Shown one piece after another: positions 63,062 to 64,000 of a DNA stretch of 64,000 bases; within the stretch, counting starts at the first letter, position 1; every line of letters starts with the position of its first letter. The notes below the pieces were generated by a model. It did no database searches. It saw only the letters and a program-made list of their open reading frames with translations, and had not been told where the DNA came from. Source of the DNA: an uncultured delta proteobacterium (lineage in GTDB: Bacteria > Desulfobacterota > Binatia > UBA9968); NCBI GenBank assembly GCA_963745035.1, contig CAVUVW010000006.1:24006-88005 (forward strand), given 5' to 3'. The position numbers and the translations under genes were made by a program.

Positions 63062-63496
63062 ATGAAAACCGTGCCGTCGATGAAACTCACTCAAGACGGT
63101 TGCGATATCATCGTCAACGCCGCCGTCGAGAAGGCCAAAGAATTAAAACAGGTCGTGAGCATCTGCGTCGTCGATGCCGGCGGGCATTTGATGGCCTTCA
63201 AGCGCATGACCAACGGTCGAACACACAATACGCTGATCTCTCAGGCCAAGGCGCGGAGCGCGGCGCTGACTACCGCTGCTACCGGTAAAACAGGCCGCGA
63301 CGGCAGCGAGATTCCCGATCATCAAGTGCTGGCGCAAACTCTCGCGGTCGGTCCCGGCTGGTTCATCAGCATCGAAGGCGGACTCCCGGTGACTGTGGAC
63401 GGCCAGTGCATCGGCGCGGTCGGCGTGAGCGGCGCCCCCTCCGCCGTTGATCGCCAGATCGGCCAAGCGGGCATCGACGCATTCGCGAAGGCGTAG
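63062..63496 (+). CDS. GlcG/HbpS heme-binding family protein
   Basis: VVDAGG, KARSA and GGLP...IGAVGVSGA motifs. Confidence 0.88.
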   Translation: MKTVPSMKLTQDGCDIIVNAAVEKAKELKQVVSICVVDAGGHLMAFKRMTNGRTHNTLISQAKARSAALTTAATGKTGRDGSEIPDHQVLAQTLAVGPGWFISIEGGLPVTVDGQCIGAVGVSGAPSAVDRQIGQAGIDAFAKA

Positions 63497-63572
63497 CCTT
63501 CGCTTTCGTGTTTCGAGTTTCGGTTTTGGAGTTAACCGAGACCCGGAACCCAAAACTCGAAACGTTTTTAGG

Positions 63573-64000
63573 ATGGACTATACGCTTCGCGAGCTGATGG
63601 TCGCGTCTGCCGCGCGCGAGATCCGCGACGGCGACAAAGTGTTCGTCGGCATGCGCCTGCCGCTCCTCGGCTTTGCCGTCGCCAAGGAAACCCACGCGCC
63701 GAGCGCCATCGGCATCTTCGAGAACGGCGTGGTGCGCGATTGGCCGGCGCTGGAGTCGATCCTGACCATGAGCGATCCGGCCAACGTCGCCCGCGCGCTT
63801 TACTGCGGCGGTCTCAACGACGCGATGAATCTGTTGCAGACCGGCAGAGTGGACTTGGGTTTCATCGGCGGCGCCGAGATCGACCGTTTTGGCAACCTAA
63901 ACACACATTGGGTCGAGGAGAACGGCAAGCGCGTTCGTCTGCCCGGCAGCGGCGGCGCCGCCGATATCGCGACCATGGCCAAGCGCTGCATCATCATCAT
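63573..64000 (+). CDS. CoA-transferase subunit B (runs off window end)
   Basis: ELMVASAAREIRDG, GGAEIDRFGNLN and RLPGSGGAADIA motifs. Confidence 0.9.
   Translation, partial: MDYTLRELMVASAAREIRDGDKVFVGMRLPLLGFAVAKETHAPSAIGIFENGVVRDWPALESILTMSDPANVARALYCGGLNDAMNLLQTGRVDLGFIGGAEIDRFGNLNTHWVEENGKRVRLPGSGGAADIATMAKRCIII

Overview
High-GC bacterial chromosome segment. The many solute-binding proteins, amidohydrolases and Mo-enzymes suggest a Deltaproteobacteria-like lineage such as Ca. Binatia (inference). Frequent single-base frameshifts look like long-read errors. The main observation is at 4.2-20 kb, where a lexA-imuA-imuB-dnaE2 SOS mutagenesis cassette is interleaved with an integron. On the minus strand the order is: lexA (perfect CTG-N10-CAG palindrome upstream), a co-oriented intI, attI-1 with 4 cassettes, imuA-imuB, a four-helix-bundle gene, higA, an intI 3' relic, a second attI with about 6 cassettes, dnaE2, a MerR-type regulator and mutS. 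Also notable: a 1.67-kb element lacking terminal inverted repeats and target duplication, encoding a Rep-like/wHTH protein and inserted precisely in a palindromic repeat between the 2-oxoacid:ferredoxin oxidoreductase genes; palindromic repeats inside dnaE2 and imuB; a stray cassette at 54 kb; and a candidate attenuator leader at 50.6 kb. The remainder is catabolic and redox genes. All protein calls are from motif recognition; no database searches were run.
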